Positions 38,536 through 52,973 of a stretch of 64,000 nucleotides of DNA are shown piece after piece. Source of the DNA: Octopus sinensis (taxonomy: Eukaryota); NCBI RefSeq assembly GCF_006345805.1, contig NC_043011.1:51534464-51598463 (forward strand), in the 5' to 3' direction. Below the pieces are notes generated by a model, which worked only from the letters and a program-made list of their open reading frames with translations, ran no database searches and was not told where the DNA came from. The first letter of the stretch is position 1; each line of letters opens with the position of its first letter. The position numbers were made by a program, and so were the translations under genes.

Positions 38536-39429
38536 CAGAGGCTCCTTTTATAAGCTCATGGTGGCAGTAATGGGTGGTATGAAGTAGGAAGTCATGAAAG
38601 AAATGGGGTAGGGTGGTGGAGTGTCTGACCATTATGAGGGTGGTGGTGCAAGACGGTTGTTCATGCTAGTGGTGGTGTGGAGTGGTGATGATATAAGTCT
38701 AGAAGGCAAAGTGATAGTGACGATGATGAGGTGTTGTAGTGGTGATGTTAGTGGTAACATTATGGAATGGTTGTTCATGATGGTGATGGAGGTAATGGAA
38801 TGGCTGGCTTTGTTGTTGTTGTTTAATCCTGACCATTAGACTTACCATTAAAGGCCTTTCAGCCCTGAGAATTCCTTCTTTTTCCTGGTTAGCATATATC
38901 TACAATAATATCAGTATCCCAATGTGTTACATTTAAAAAAAAGAAAAACAACAAAAAAACAGTAGGTTGCGATATAAGGAATATTTGGCTGCTATTTTTA
39001 GCATGTTGAGCAACCACGCAGCAACTCCCACATTGGACAAAATGGTAATGGTAGTGTCATGTGGGGGTTGTGAGAGTATGGGGGTGGCAAGCAATAAAAT
39101 TGATAGTGGATAGTGGTATTGGTATGAGGAGGTATTTAAAATGACAGCAGTGGGGGTGGATGGGAGGGAACGGACAAATATCAATGTCTTGCTTATTGGA
39201 CATGCAGACATACATAAATATATTTTAATGGTGCTTGATAAATAAACAAGCATAGCTGTATATCTTAGAAAAGACAGTGCCAACATACTTAATGTTTAGA
39301 GAGAAGGAAATTTAATTAATTAAAACTACATATATAGTGAGGAGAGAAATCCATTAGCTTAATGATAAATTCTGATTAACAAAGTAAAGCAAGGGAGATA
39401 ACCTTAAAGTTTATATCTATCTATCTATA

Positions 39430-39439
39430 TATCTATATA

Positions 39440-39475
<36 letters not shown>

Positions 39476-40782
39476 AAACAGAGTTTGTGTGTGTGTGTGT
39501 GTGTGTGTGTTTTCCTTATGGTTTCAAAAACTGAGTTGCCGATTTTGACGTATCAAAAGATTCAGTAATCTTTTGGCTACCAAATAAAGTATGTGTTTTG
39601 CACAATAACTTTTTTCTACTACAAAAATAACCTCGCAATCGAGGCCGGATCACACAATTTTGAGGTCTTTAGCTAAGGGATGCAACTCTGCGTCAATAAT
39701 CTTTATGTCTTAGATAGAGCATAATGAGAAAATGTTTAAAATACATGGAGTGTTACCAGGGAATGAAACTTCGAAGATATACCGTCAACTTTATTAGTAT
39801 AATTTAGTAGATAATCTTTTAATGTGAAGTATGTTTGTGTTTTGTTTAGCCCATAGTTGCCTCTGATCTAGCAGACCCATTGCATACTTTTTTCTTCCTG
39901 AAATACTGTAAATCTGTGTCTTTCTTTTGATGAAAGGGTGTGTTTTAACAGAGATTTGGCTGCTATTTGTAGGAGCTCAATTTACCACAGAGACACCTCT
40001 CTGTGTGTGTGTGTGTGTGTGTGTGTGCATGTGTTTTGTTGTGGTGAAAAAGCACTTTTTCCCAGAATATTTTGCACAATAATTTTTTAAGTAATCTGGA
40101 CATCTTTCTTACTGCTAACCGTTCAACTTCAAATTACAATTCTTAATTGTTGGAAGTAAGGTAGACTGAGATGTACATATAGTGTTATTGTATAGAGCGG
40201 AAGTTCAATACAAAGTTTTGAACTCATTATCTTGTGGTTAGTAATCCATTACCTGAAATTTGAAGCCATTAAGTCTTTAAACATTATTTTACTGGGTTTA
40301 GTGTTTGGATTGTCGCCATGATGGAGTATCACCTTCAAAATTTAATTGATCATACTGACCTCAGTACGTATTTCAATCTGGCATTTATTTTATAGATCTC
40401 TGCTTGATGAACTGCTAACTTTGAGACATACAGAGACACAATACTCGATTTAACAACAAATGTAAACACACACACACACACATTAGGTGCAAGAATGACT
40501 GAGTGGTTGAGAAGTTAGCTTTCCAACCACATGGTTCTATGTTCAGTCCCTCTTGGGCAAGTGTTTTCTACTATAGCCCTAGGCCAACTACAGGCTTGTG
40601 ACTGAATTTGGTATACAGAAACTGCAGTGTTGTTCATCAGAAAATGACTGAAAAACACCTTTATAAAGAAGAGTCGTTTGCTTCATACTCCTAGTGTGCC
40701 AATTCTACCCATAAGAAAGGAACAAATAATACAATGTGGTTGTAGGTCATAACACCCGAGCAATGCTGGGGTGCATTGCTAG
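39430..40782 (+). mobile_element. Non-autonomous Helitron with a nested SINE fragment (~40485-40625)
   Basis: TC(TA)n AAAA + (GT)n type 5' end. 3' GC hairpin ACCCGAGCAATGCTGGGG followed by CTAG|T at 40779-40783. The 5' boundary is approximate. Confidence 0.6.
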
Positions 40783-41169
40783 TATAAAATAAAAGTCATT
40801 TAAAAATAGACAGTGGGCAAAGAGTCTATCCTTTAGTAACAACATTGGTAATATTTTAGCCTAATTAAACTTGTAATATGAAGTATATTGCTGCAAAATA
40901 TCAGACTCACTACCTGTTACAATCTTACATTCTATATTTAATTTATATTTTGGAGTTGTCACCCCAATATTTTTTGACTAGAATTAATTTCATTAAGCTG
41001 ATACACTTTTTTTCTTTTCACACAGGGGTAATTCTTAATTCTAGATATTTTTACGAATACATAAACAGAAGTATAAACAGAAATTTTAGAAAATATACAC
41101 AACTAATCTATCTATTTGAGTGAAAGTATACACCATACAATTAATACCAATATGAGAAAAATACATTAC

Positions 41170-41700
41170 TATAAAGCAGTCACAGGCAACCTGCAGGACT
41201 TTCTGAATAGCACACCTAACACAAAAATTACCTTTAATTTTCTAAGTAGTGCAGCTAGCCAGATGATGAACAATGTTTCATGCAACTTACTTCTTGTAAA
41301 AGCTCCCCATGCCAAGGCCACCCCTTGTGACTCTCTGCATGAAGAATTTACAGGATATTTAAAGAACACACTATTGTGGGTTCTTACATCATTGTTCGAG
41401 CCCTTAAGAGTAAATGAAAAGCTCACAAATAACTGGTTAATGAGGCTCAATATGGTCACTCTGCTTGATAATAGTCAAGAGAGTAAGGGCAGAACCCCAT
41501 TTTTGAAAAGCCTTTGGGAGAAAAGAATTAAAAATATTATGGGTTGCTGTATTACAAAACAGTATATTTATCTATGGAGTTGCACCCTGGTTCAAATGCT
41601 TGCAACAGGCTGGACTGCTCCAAAGGCATTCAGGGCTCAAATGCTAGCTTTAAACCAAGTAAAAGATTAGGCCTGCTATCTAAGGGATTTCGCAATGTCT
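41170..41700 (-). mobile_element. Possible heavily decayed non-LTR RT remnant
   Basis: FFMQRVTRGGLGMGSF resembles the GG(L/R)GL motif of RTE/R4-type RT C-termini. Stops occur in all minus frames. Confidence 0.25.
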
Positions 41701-44386
41701 GTCTAACATAATTTACTGACAGAGCTTGGATATCTATGAGGCTATGGATGGGGGGAAGGGGGGGGGGGCAATTGCCCAAGGTGCTGCATGGTGGTACCAA
41801 ACCTGAAACCACATGATTATGAAGCAAACTTCTCATTGGCTGTTAATCTGACATACTACTGACAATAGTTAACTGCGGTTCCCTTAGCATGGGAGGTTGG
41901 GCATTAAACTAATAATGATAAGATGATGATGATGACAGTTAATATAAGAGAAGAAAAAAATTGAAGCTCTAACACTTGTGAATCAAAGGGTAGACAAAGC
42001 TAAGCCGATATCTATCATTGCAGCAGTACAGGAAACAGATAAACTACACATCTAACAACAATGGTTTAGTTCTTAACAACATGACATAGACATTTTTTAA
42101 TTAGACAGGCTTTGGTGATTGGGCAATGTGCCAAAGAGATGAAGTTTTATTTGCTATTTGGTCCAGGTTATGGGGAACGAAGGGGGAAATGTGGTCTGGA
42201 TGGCTGGCTTGACAGAATCTCAATAGATGAAGTATGCAATTACTGGACCAGATCATATGACTAAAAGTGAGGACAATAATTCATCAATAATTCATCATCA
42301 TTCTCATCATCATCACCACAATCATCTTGATGGTGATTATCATCATCATTATCTTCACCATAACCATCACAATCACAGTCATAATCATCACCATCATCCC
42401 TGCAAACATATTGAGAGTGCATTATCATCATCATCACTATCATCTGCATTATGATCAGCTACAAATAACAAACTGAATTGAATGGTCATGAGAAACAGCT
42501 GCAATGTCATCAGTTTAATATCCGCTTCACCACCTTCCTCTCTGGAATGGGTAAAGAAAGTCTTCAATACAGCATCTTTCTCTCTCTCTCTCTCTCTTTT
42601 TCTCTCTTGCTCTCTGAATATCTGAGTCTCAGCCTTGCATTATTTCATCTCTGAAGTCTCATAACTTCTGATGTCTACTCCAATCTACTGACTCATTTCA
42701 TGTGTCCTTCGCCCAACTTTTAAACAACAACAGCAGCCACCACCACCACCGCTGCTGCCACTGCGACCACCACCACTACCACTAATGTCATCACCACCAC
42801 CACTAATATTATCACCTCACCACCACAACTACTATTAACATCGCCATCACATTCCCACCTCCCGGTTATTGTATATTGCAATTTGTCCTCATATAAGCCC
42901 TGACTAGTCAGAATTATGATCAAAGACATTCCATCTGTGACCATCCCATTCATTTTTCCCCAGACATAATGTATCCAAGACTTATAACATCCAGTATAAA
43001 CTAATGAGGGTGGGATGGGGGTTCTGCATAGTCACTCAACCAGATTGTAATAGCAATTAAATCAGTCTGAATCCACACACTACAGTCTTATAATATGACA
43101 CATTGGATACTGTTGTCTGAAGTATTTTATTCTGGAAGAAAAAAATACAGTATGGCCATAACTGGAACAGCTTTGGATCACAGATTTGGAATGACCTGGG
43201 ACTACACAAAAACAGCTTAATTACCCAGTGTCTCACTATTTAAAGATGGCTGTGTGTGATTTTCAGTGGTATTTGGCGGTTACTTTTAGCAATTTGAGTC
43301 GGCACATAGAAGTTCCCTCATGAGCATAAAACTCTAAATGTCACATGTTACATTTGGATAGGGATCCAATTCAGATTCAGGTAACAATTTGTGCCTCATT
43401 TACCTAAAAGCATGTCAAAACAAGAAAGGTCACTTTCACACTTTCAGAGTATAGAAAAAAAATATGATGCTACAAACCAAGGGAATCTATGTAGTTGCTT
43501 AACTCGCTAAAAATAGCAGCCAAGTTACATTCAAATCCTAACCTGCTATCTTAAGATAGGATACATAGCATAATGTAGTTCTAGATACACTAAAAACACC
43601 CTTTTTCTTGATATCAGCATGTACCATATCTCTGCTAATAGTTTTTCCCTATGTAGTTCTGAGCAGACACCATGCCCGATACAGTCACTTCTAATCTAGC
43701 AGAATATCCAGAATGAGAGAGAGAGAGAGAGGGGCCAACACAAACATGGGTTTTGTCCCTGAAAGGATAAAAGGCAAAGCGAGATATGACCTCAGGGTGC
43801 AGAGAGCTGGAGTAAATATTGCAATGTATTTCATCCATTGTGCTAATGACTCTGCTAACTGAATGCATGTACACAATGTCTGAAATAATATAGTTTTGGG
43901 TGGAGCACGTTTGATCATAAGCCTGATCAATAAGATCAGACAAAACAACAACAATATTAGTTTCAAATTTTGGCACAAAGCCAGCAATTCGGAAGGAGGA
44001 GTAAGTCAATGACACTGACCCCAGTGTTCAAATGGTACTTAATCTACTGACCCTGAAAGGATGAAAGCCAAAGTCGACCACAGCAGCATTTGAACTCAAA
44101 ACGTAAAGCCAGTAGAAATACCACTAAGCAGTTTTTCTGGTTTAGTAATGATTCTGCCAGCTCACTGCCTTAGAAACACAACAACAATATTGACATTATT
44201 TTTACATCATCCAGCCAACCTCCTACCTCTAACTTGAGCGAGAAGTGCCACCAAAATTTTGTACATTTGGACATTTCCTCTTATTCATATCTGTTAATCC
44301 ATAACAAAGTTACCAAAAATTTAGGCAACAGATTGAATTTACTACCCAAGATTCTTCACTCCTCATAGCAACTGGATATACTGAAC

Positions 44387-44605
44387 CAGTGCTTTTCAAA
44401 CTTTTTGCTGGAGTGGAACCCCAAGGAAACATTCCACTGGCTCGGGGAACCCCTGTGCAATAATTTAATAGTCTTATGCACACATATCTGTACAGGAGAA
44501 TTAAAAATTACTGCTGATTTTAGCAGTTTTGTAACTTCTTGCGGAACCCCTGGACAGTACTGGCGGAACCCTAAGGTTCCGCGGAACCCTGGTTGAAAAC
44601 CACTG
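44387..44605. mobile_element. hAT (Charlie-like) MITE
   Basis: CAGTGCTTTTCAAAC ... GTTGAAAACCACTG, with a perfect 8-bp TSD TACTGAAC on both sides. Confidence 0.92.
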
Positions 44606-45440
44606 TACTGAACACTTCTAAATGTCTCAAGTTATTTCATACAGCACTTACTATTTGAGCTGCCCCTTAAAAATAATGTTAACAATAATAATAAAAAGGA
44701 AGGTCGAGATATCTAATTAGCATAGAAGATTTACAGGAATACAAAGAAGAGGAGAAACAGTCAGAACAGTAACAATAAGAGCAAAAACAACAAAAGTGGG
44801 AAGGAAGGAAAGAAGGAAGGAAAGAAAGGAGGAAGGAAGAAGGAAGGAAGAAGGCAAGTAGCATTAACAAAAGAAATGATAACAATAATAAATAGTATGG
44901 AAAACAGAAAGAACATAACAATCACCATCAATATCACCATTAGTGCCACTCCCAGCCCCTCATTCATTGTCATCATTAAGATGACAAAGAAGAAGAACAA
45001 TAACAACAGTAACAAAAAGGCAACAATCACATCTACACAACTAACAGAAACTGAAACAAACAACAACTATATCAGAAACATCACCACCACACCACCACCA
45101 CCACCACAACATCAACAACAACAGCTATCAGAATGACAATGGCAACAAGACAGTCACCAAAGAAAGACTATTGCATGCAAGATAATAGACTGTTGAAGCC
45201 AGACAAAAATGGCTGTTGCTGCCATCCCTATTGATCAATGTTTGACATTGATATTGAAATATGTCATCCAAAATTTAGTGACAAGAAATTGGGTTAGATT
45301 TTATAGATAAAGATATATGTTGCTTCTGGTGGTGTCGTGCTAAAATGTTTAACCCTTTCAATACCAACAATACCAACCCATCTGCTGAGACCGACTTCTC
45401 GTAAATATATGTGTGGTTTTATATTTAAATTTATATTATA

Positions 45441-45473
<33 letters not shown>

Positions 45474-45588
45474 GTAAAACGGATGTTAAACGATGATGAT
45501 GATGATGATGATGATGATTTCAATCAGAATCTCATTGCAACGGGAATAACGATGCAAGATTTCAGTTGGTCAGAGATGGGAGTCTTAC

Positions 45589-45626
45589 TAATTGATGAAG
45601 GAGTGTCTGCATGGTTGGATGACATG
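45589..45626 (-). CDS. Candidate small exon (xMSSNHADTPSSIx), phase 2 to 1
   Basis: Branch CTAAC plus tattatttctag, donor TA|gtaaga. It bridges the phases of 48229 and 10740. Confidence 0.4.
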
Positions 45627-45811
45627 CTAGAAATAATAGTTAGTTGTTCCTCAAGCCACAGCTAAGTATGTTGGAACACACAGATGCACACACACATACA
45701 CAGACTCATACAGACACGCACATACACAATCATACAGACACACACACACACATGCACACACGTGCACACATACACAGATTCATACAGACACACACATACA
45801 CAATCATACAG

Positions 45812-45846
<35 letters not shown>

Positions 45847-46350
45847 CACACGTGCACACATACATTAGGAAACATGGTCTTGGATGAACTGTACCAAGAA
45901 GAGTGTTTGATGTGTTATAGCAGAAAAAAATCTTTAAGCCTGCTTGTTTAGAGCAGACTTGGAGCAACAGATCACCACGAACAATGCCTTGACAACAAGA
46001 GAAACAATAATCAATATATAAAGTTAGAGATAGTTTACTAAATATTTTCTGAAAATTTTGTTATGCTGAAAATTAATTGCAACACACAGTCTTCAGAAAT
46101 ATAATCACAAAATGGTTAAATTGAACTGTTACAAGAAAGTGATTTCAATGTGTATGGAGGGAATAGATGTTTAGATTGCTCTAGTTAAAGAATATTATGT
46201 AACAGGTGGAATGGGGTAGATACATAGATGAATAGATAGATAGATAGATAGAGAGAGGGAACAGAGAGAAAGAGAGGGAATCAGAGATATACAGATAAAT
46301 GGAGAGATTGTGTGTGAGTGTGTGTGTGTTTGTGCGTGTGTGTGTGTGTT

Positions 46351-46381
<31 letters not shown>

Positions 46382-47479
46382 ATGCACATACCAAGAAAGG
46401 TAGTGAGCATGAAAGGGATACACATCATCATCATCATCATCATTTAACGTCCGCTTTCCATGCTAGCATGGGTTGGACGGTTCAACTGGGGTCTGGGGAG
46501 CCCGAAGGCTGCACCAGGCCAGTCAGATCTGGCAGTGTTTCTACAACTGGATGCCCTTCCTAACGCCAACCACTCCGAGAGTGTAGTGGGTGATTTTATG
46601 TGCCACCGACACAGGTGCCAGACGAGGCTGGCGAACGGCCATGCTCGGATGGTGTTTTTATGTGCCACCGACACAGGTGCCAGACGAAGCTGGCGAACGG
46701 CCACGCTCGGATGGTGTTTTTATGTGCCACCGACACAGGTGCCAGACAAGGCTAGCAGACGACCACACTCGGATGGTGTTTTTATGTGCCACCGACACAG
46801 GTGCCAGACAAGGCTAGCAGACGACCACGCTCGGATGGTGTTTTTTTATGTGCCACCGACACAGGTGCCAGACGAGGCTGGCATTTATGAAAATAAATAA
46901 ACAACAATGGCTAAACAAACATATAACAATATTGACACTCCTAATCAACTATCTGTGGCTGGTTGAAGAAAATGATAGGTAAAACCAGAAGTCCCAGTCA
47001 ATTTGATTTTGGCAATAAATTTGACTTTACTCTCAGGATAGAGCTGTGACATCAGTAAATATTCTGTGGCTATTCTTAAATTAACTTTAAAATATTGGTT
47101 TCAAATTTTGGCACAAGGCCAGCAATTCTGGGTGAGTGAGTAGATTGATTACATCAACCCCACTGCTTCACTTTTATTGTTACCTGCAATGTCTCAAGAA
47201 CTATTTCTTTTCAACCAGCAAGTTTCTTTAACTTAATTTTGTTAATAGCCTTAATAACTCTACTGAATTAGCAGCAAGGACCAAGACAGCTGACCCCAAC
47301 TTTTGATCCTACAGGTGATAGATTTTCATTGTCCCATTCATATGTTTCAATAAACAATTCATGATAACAGTACTTCTATGCATTAGTCTATATATAACCA
47401 CTAAAGCAAAAGGGTAAATATATAATATAGCAACCCACTGCTGGGTATATCTCACTTCATGCATGAAAGTTTTTGAATT

Positions 47480-47720
47480 GTTCATGCTGCAACACTAACT
47501 TGATGCTGACTGGGCACTTTGTCAGCCTTAACTCTTTGAACACACGAGCATGCTTTAGTGGTCGAATGCCACTTGACTATACCCCTTTGAAGACACAAAA
47601 GTGGGTGGCCACATGGTTTTATGTTTATGGCTGAAAACAATGATGTTTTTGTCAATTAGTGATTTCATTTGACAATATGACTGGAAGGTACAAAATGATG
47701 AAGCCACGTGCTTTGCTTCT
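47480..47720 (+). mobile_element. Possible piggyBac transposase remnant
   Basis: CFSGRMPLDYTPLKTQKW followed by GFMFMAENN resembles piggyBac FxGR...QYxPxKPxKWGxKx...A. Frameshifted. Confidence 0.3.
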
Positions 47721-47902
47721 TCCAAGGATATAGTCAAATGAAATCATGCCCTTAAGTGGTTCTAAGGATTAAGACTCATATTTTTGAAAGCTTAGTGGCC
47801 TCTATGTATATGCATGTGTGTGTGTGCATGTATATATATATACACATCATCATTTAACGTCTGTTTTCCATGCTGGCATGAATTGAATTGCTGGCATGGG
47901 TT

Positions 47903-47943
<41 letters not shown>

Positions 47944-48228
47944 CATACATACAGTCGTATTGATAAATATGCACACACACACGTATTGGCATGGAATGGC
48001 AGAATGAGAGCATCAAACAAAAATACTGGTATTTGGTCATTTTCTGAATAAATCCCTTTATGCCCAGGTCAACTTATCTATTTTGCATCTTTCATCATCA
48101 TCATCATCATCACCTTTTGATATGGTTGAACAGCCAATCCTAGAGGATAATATAGTCGACTAAAACTCATGAAATTGGTTGCAGTTTAATGAACAATATC
48201 AGAAGAAGACTAAAGAATAAAAGATTAC

Positions 48229-48291
48229 CATAGATGCGTTGCGTATTGTATGACTTGTATGACAAAAGTATCATGAACTCCTCTTTTGTAA
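48229..48291 (-). CDS. Candidate symmetric exon, phase-2 reading xYKRGVHDTFVIQVIQYATHLx (the phase-1 reading xTKEEFMILLSYKSYNTQRIYx is also open)
   Basis: Very strong acceptor (long T run)gtttttag, donor ATG|gtaatc, 63 nt. Confidence 0.5.
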
Positions 48292-48443
48292 CTAAAAACA
48301 AAAAAAAAAAAAAGAATGAAATCAACACAATGTGGAACAGGAAGTACATACAAATTATTAAGTCATCTATTTACTAAAAATATATAATTTCCTCTAAATC
48401 GATCAATGCAGCAATTTTTTTTTTTAAAGAAAGAAATGGATAC

Positions 48444-48575
48444 AATGAAATCCCTAGCGTTGAGTCATATTTGGCTGTGTTTCTGTAAAAATGTCTGAAT
48501 GTGGCAAAAACATTCGGACAGGATATAATTCTGCGTGAGTCAACCTGCCATATATAAAGGTTGACTGATGTGTGA
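48444..48575 (-). CDS. Candidate exon xHTSVNLYIWQVDSRRIISCPNVFATFRHFYRNTAKYDSTLGISx (alternative acceptor at 48544)
   Basis: Acceptor ctttcttgtctgtacaactcattag, donor TT|gtatcc, phase 2 to 2, ~150-nt intron to the next exon, unique sequence. Confidence 0.38.
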
Positions 48576-48906
48576 CTAATGAGTTGTACAGACAAGAAAG
48601 GGGTTATTCAAAGGAATGATAGATCATTATAGATCTATATCGGTGATGGTAGGGATTGACCAGACTATGACATCATCGTGTTGAGGAAACAGATGAAGTT
48701 ACCAGTTCACTCAACAGAGAAATTGATAGTTAAAATTAATATATTACAAGCTGGTGGTCATTTGTTGTATTAATCACATGGCAACTATGTAATTAATATC
48801 AGCAACAAGTTGGCCATAATTTGGAGGTTAATGTAATGGTAGTATATAGCAAAGCAATGACATATTAATATATATATTCACACATTAATACAAACACACA
48901 CACATG

Positions 48907-48944
<38 letters not shown>

Positions 48945-49296
48945 ACACACACACACACACACACAGATTGTTATGTTATGTCTGTTTTGCTGTATAAATG
49001 TAAGTTTGACGGATGCTTATTTGGGGCAATATTTTTATGGCTGGGTGCTCTTCCTGCTACCAACCTTTTCCTAGTATGGGAGTTTTATTCCACTACATCG
49101 ACTGCGCAGAGCTACAAAATGCAATGTTCACTGGCAATGTAAGCACAGCAACAACCATTTTTCTTTTTTGCAAAGATGATCCCAAATGATAGCTTTCAAG
49201 AGACACATCTTTTTCTCTCTCTCTATCTTTCTTCCTCAGACAGACAGACAGACAGACAGACACACACACACACACACACACTCAACCACCACCACC

Positions 49297-49328
<32 letters not shown>

Positions 49329-49746
49329 TTAATGTCTGTTTTCCATCCCAGCTTGACAGGAGCTGGAAAGGCTAGGGGCTGCACCAGGTTCTATAATCTG
49401 TTTTGGTTTAATTTCTACAGCTGGATGCCCTTCCTAATGCCAACCACATTAGAATGTATGAGTATTTTTTTTTTACATGGCACCATCCCCAGCATTTTTT
49501 ATGTGGGACCAGCACCCTTACAATGAACTTCTATGCAGCTTTCATCTACTAGTTTCACTCACAAGGTATTGCTCAGCTTATGGCAAAACTAACCATAATA
49601 TAGTACAGTGGCTGCAAAGCAAAATTTTAATCACACAGCCATGCCAAAAATGTATCTGCGTATCTGCTTCTCTCTCTCTATATATCTATCTATCTATATA
49701 TATATATGTTCATTTTTGTCCATTTTACCATGATTACATGAGTTAA

Positions 49747-49966
49747 CTCTTTAGCATTCATATTACTCTGTCAAACGTAATGCTTATTTATTTACATTAT
49801 TTTGAATTAATCATGCATTATCTTGTAGCTTTGAAATTTTATTGAGGTAATTGTATATTCTTAGAATGTCATTGGAGGGTAGATGTGAGAAGCTGGATTT
49901 GGCCAGTCTGGACATAAAGCAGAAAAAATATTTGGGCTGGATATGGCTGGTGTGAATGTTAAAACA
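49747..49966. mobile_element. Second piggyBac-type MITE family (decayed)
   Basis: TTAA|CTCTTTAGCATT ... AATGTTAAAACA|TTAA. Confidence 0.55.
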
Positions 49967-51879
49967 TTAAACATATATTTCCGGTACTGTTTTGTAGCTG
50001 GATGTCTTTTTTGTTGTTAAACCTTATCTGCTTTTGTTTTTAAGTAATGGATCTCTTATTCTACACATCTCAGAAGGTGCAAACACAACAGATGATTTGT
50101 TGACAAGGGAAATGACAACAACGTCAACACTTGAGGCTTAATTATTTTCAGAGAAGCATGAATGTAAATAACCACATAGGCACCAGGTTTGTTAACCAAA
50201 CTTTCGTTTGCCTGGTGCAACTGAAGACACTTACCTAAGTGGGACTGAACATGAAAGTGCATGGCTGGGAAGCAAACTTCTAAATCATACAGCCATGCTA
50301 TTGTCCATTATCATCATCATCATCAAACATTCGCTTTCCATGCTGGCATGGGTTGGATGGTTTGACCAGAGCTGGCTAGGCTAGGGACCACACCAAGCTC
50401 CACTGTCTGTTCTGGCATTGTTTCTATGGTTAGATTCCCTTCCTAAAGCTGACCATTCCATAGAGTGTACTTTTTATATGACACCAGTACAAGTGCTTCT
50501 AATGTGGCACCAGCAGGAGCACTTTTGATGTGACATTAGTACAGGTATCGATTCTGCTTTGGCAACAGATCTTGTATGCAGCAAGGCACCAGATACCTTG
50601 GCCCTATATTTAATACACAAGTAGTCCCCTTGCAATGAAATAGTGCTGGTAGTATGTTTAAGTTAGTATAGTGTAAAAAGATTAATAATCTGACATTTAA
50701 GCACTGTCCCAGAAAAAAAGAAATTAAGCTATTTTCAACAATAAGATGCAGGCATGGTTGCATGGTTGCATGGTAAGAAGTTTGCTTCCCAGCCGCATGG
50801 TTCTAGGTTCAGTCCCACTGCATGACACCTTGGGCAAGCGTCTTCTATAATAGCTTTGGGTTGACTAAAGCCTTGTGAGTGGATTTAGTATATGGCATCT
50901 GAAGGCCCATCAAATATGTATATATGTATATACCTATGCATGTGTATCTTTGTGTCTGTGTTTGTCCCTCACCACTGCTTGACAACCATTGTTGGTGTGT
51001 TTACGTCCTTGCAACTTAGTGGTTCGGCAAATAGGACTGATAGAATAAGTGCTAGGCTTTAAAAAAAAATCTTGGGGTCAATTTGTTTGATTAAAACTCT
51101 TCAAAGCTATGCCCCATCATGGCAGCAATCAAATAATGGAAACAATTAAAAGAGAAAAGATAATTCAAAAGTAATTTTCTCTTTTTAAATGAGGGGCGGG
51201 TCCCAGGACATTAGATTCTTCATCACTTCATAACATATTAACTTATCCATACTCACAACTACTGTATATTTCTGAGACAGACCACCAAAGGTTTACTTGG
51301 ACTTTCTTTCTGACATATTAATACTGAAATACAGTAAATGGTTTTCACAGTATGATAGAACAATGTCAGTATAGAATTATACTACCATTATTCAAGGATA
51401 CTATGCTATAGAATTGTAGTATGGCTGTAGCAGTACATGACCATACTATAGTTATTGTAGTTGCTTAAACATAATCATCTACAACTGAGGAAAATATATG
51501 ACCAAAGTTATTCCAGTTTTGAGCAGCACCTTTTGTCTGATGTCCAATGTGTCCCTTTTTGTGACTTATTTGTTCTTCAGTGTAAAAGATGTCCCCGAGC
51601 AAGTCCATATTTCCACTACCATCATACTTTTAAGTTGTTAAACAGCCAGCCAGCCATCCACCCACCCAGCCATCTTCTCTGTCCACTATTCCTGGGAGGG
51701 TCTTGTGGGTAGAGTCCTCAAGCATCTCATTCATTGGTTCCTATCAGAGGCAACTGTCAGACTTGTCAGCTGGATTCCCAAGCATAATCAACTGCGACTA
51801 TGGATATTATCCAACCATGTCACTCGTAAATTGAATGGCAAGGCAATTCTGGAAATACTTGGATTGACACATGCAGCTG

Positions 51880-51970
51880 CTGTGTATCACAATTAGTGAG
51901 TCTAAGATCAGTCAGCTGATAGTTGCAGACAACATGGTGCTACTTGGTTAATCAGAAAGTGATCCCTAGT
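51880..51970 (+). mobile_element. RTE-type RT catalytic-motif remnant
   Basis: CITISESKISQLIVADNMVLLG*SESD (cf. LLFADDxVLLxxSExDLQ). Confidence 0.6.
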
Positions 51971-52826
51971 ATGTAAAGAATGTGTTGTCAAAAATATCAG
52001 TGTTTATTCATTTAAACTTCTTCATATCTGCCAGCCATGATCTGACTATGATTTTCAGAGAAGGTTTAATAAAACTGAAACATATCCAGAGTTGACTCGC
52101 TACTCTGTTTATCAAAGATCAAACTTATGCAACTCTCATTCCATACCAACATTCAATTTCAATTATTTTAATTTCAGTTTGTTTTTCTGAACCAGAATTA
52201 ATAATTAAGCTAATGGTTTTTTCCTACTCATTACTGATGTAATTTTCATCAAGGATATTTCTTGGTTCATTACACTGAGAACATTGGCACCAACTTAACT
52301 ACACACACAACACACTCGTGTGTGTGTGAGTGCATGTGTGTGTGTGTGTGAGTGCATGTGTGTGTGTATGTGTGTATGCACATGTCTATCTGCATGTGTT
52401 TATAATTATATTTGTTTCCAAGCTAACGACAATGGTTAACTCCTGTTTCGTACACATATTTAATAACCCTATACCACTTTCATTCATTTGACTAACATGA
52501 AACATCTGAACAAACCCCGCCATATACGGCTGTAGTAAGCCACTCCCACACATTGAAGACACCTAACAGGGGTTCAGACATGGCTACTTAATTAAGACAG
52601 TCATTTCATGACCACATAATTTCATATTCAGTCAAGTGATTTTTACCACACCCTCCAGCAGAACAATACTGTGTGGATGGAATTCACTAGAGGCTTGCAG
52701 TATATGTACATACAGGTATGTACTTTGCTGATGTATCTTGACAGAGAATTTAACCATCAGTGACAACACTGATAGAACAATGCTTTCGCTCTTGCCATTG
52801 TAAATGTAGTAAACCAGTGATTATAT

Positions 52827-52973
52827 TAGGCGTGGGCAACTTTTTTGAGAAGCCAGCCACATGAGACGTGGCTCATCAGCAGACAGATCACACAGCTAGA
52901 AAATAATCCAGGGTAACTTTTCATTAGGCATACCATTCAGAAAGACCCATGGGCCACAGTTTGTTCATTGCTA
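52827..52973. mobile_element. Decayed hAT MITE
   Basis: TAGGCGTGGGCAAC ... GTTTGTTCATTGCTA, with 8-bp flanks GATTATAT / GATTAGAC (6/8 match). Confidence 0.5.

Noticed and set aside
41116-41670. 184-aa plus-strand ORF, the longest non-microsatellite ORF
   Set aside because: It has no recognisable motif and starts at a non-ATG codon. The opposite strand looks like a decayed retroelement, so it is probably an antisense shadow.
49076-50140. Plus-strand exon-like stretches MGVLFHYIDCAELQNAMFTGN and NGSLILHISEGANTTDDLLTREM
   Set aside because: Their phases are mutually incompatible, the first acceptor lies in a SINE remnant, and there is no supporting chain.
51257-51323. Minus-strand segment with strong acceptor and gtgagt donor
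   Set aside because: All three frames contain stops. At most it is a non-coding exon.
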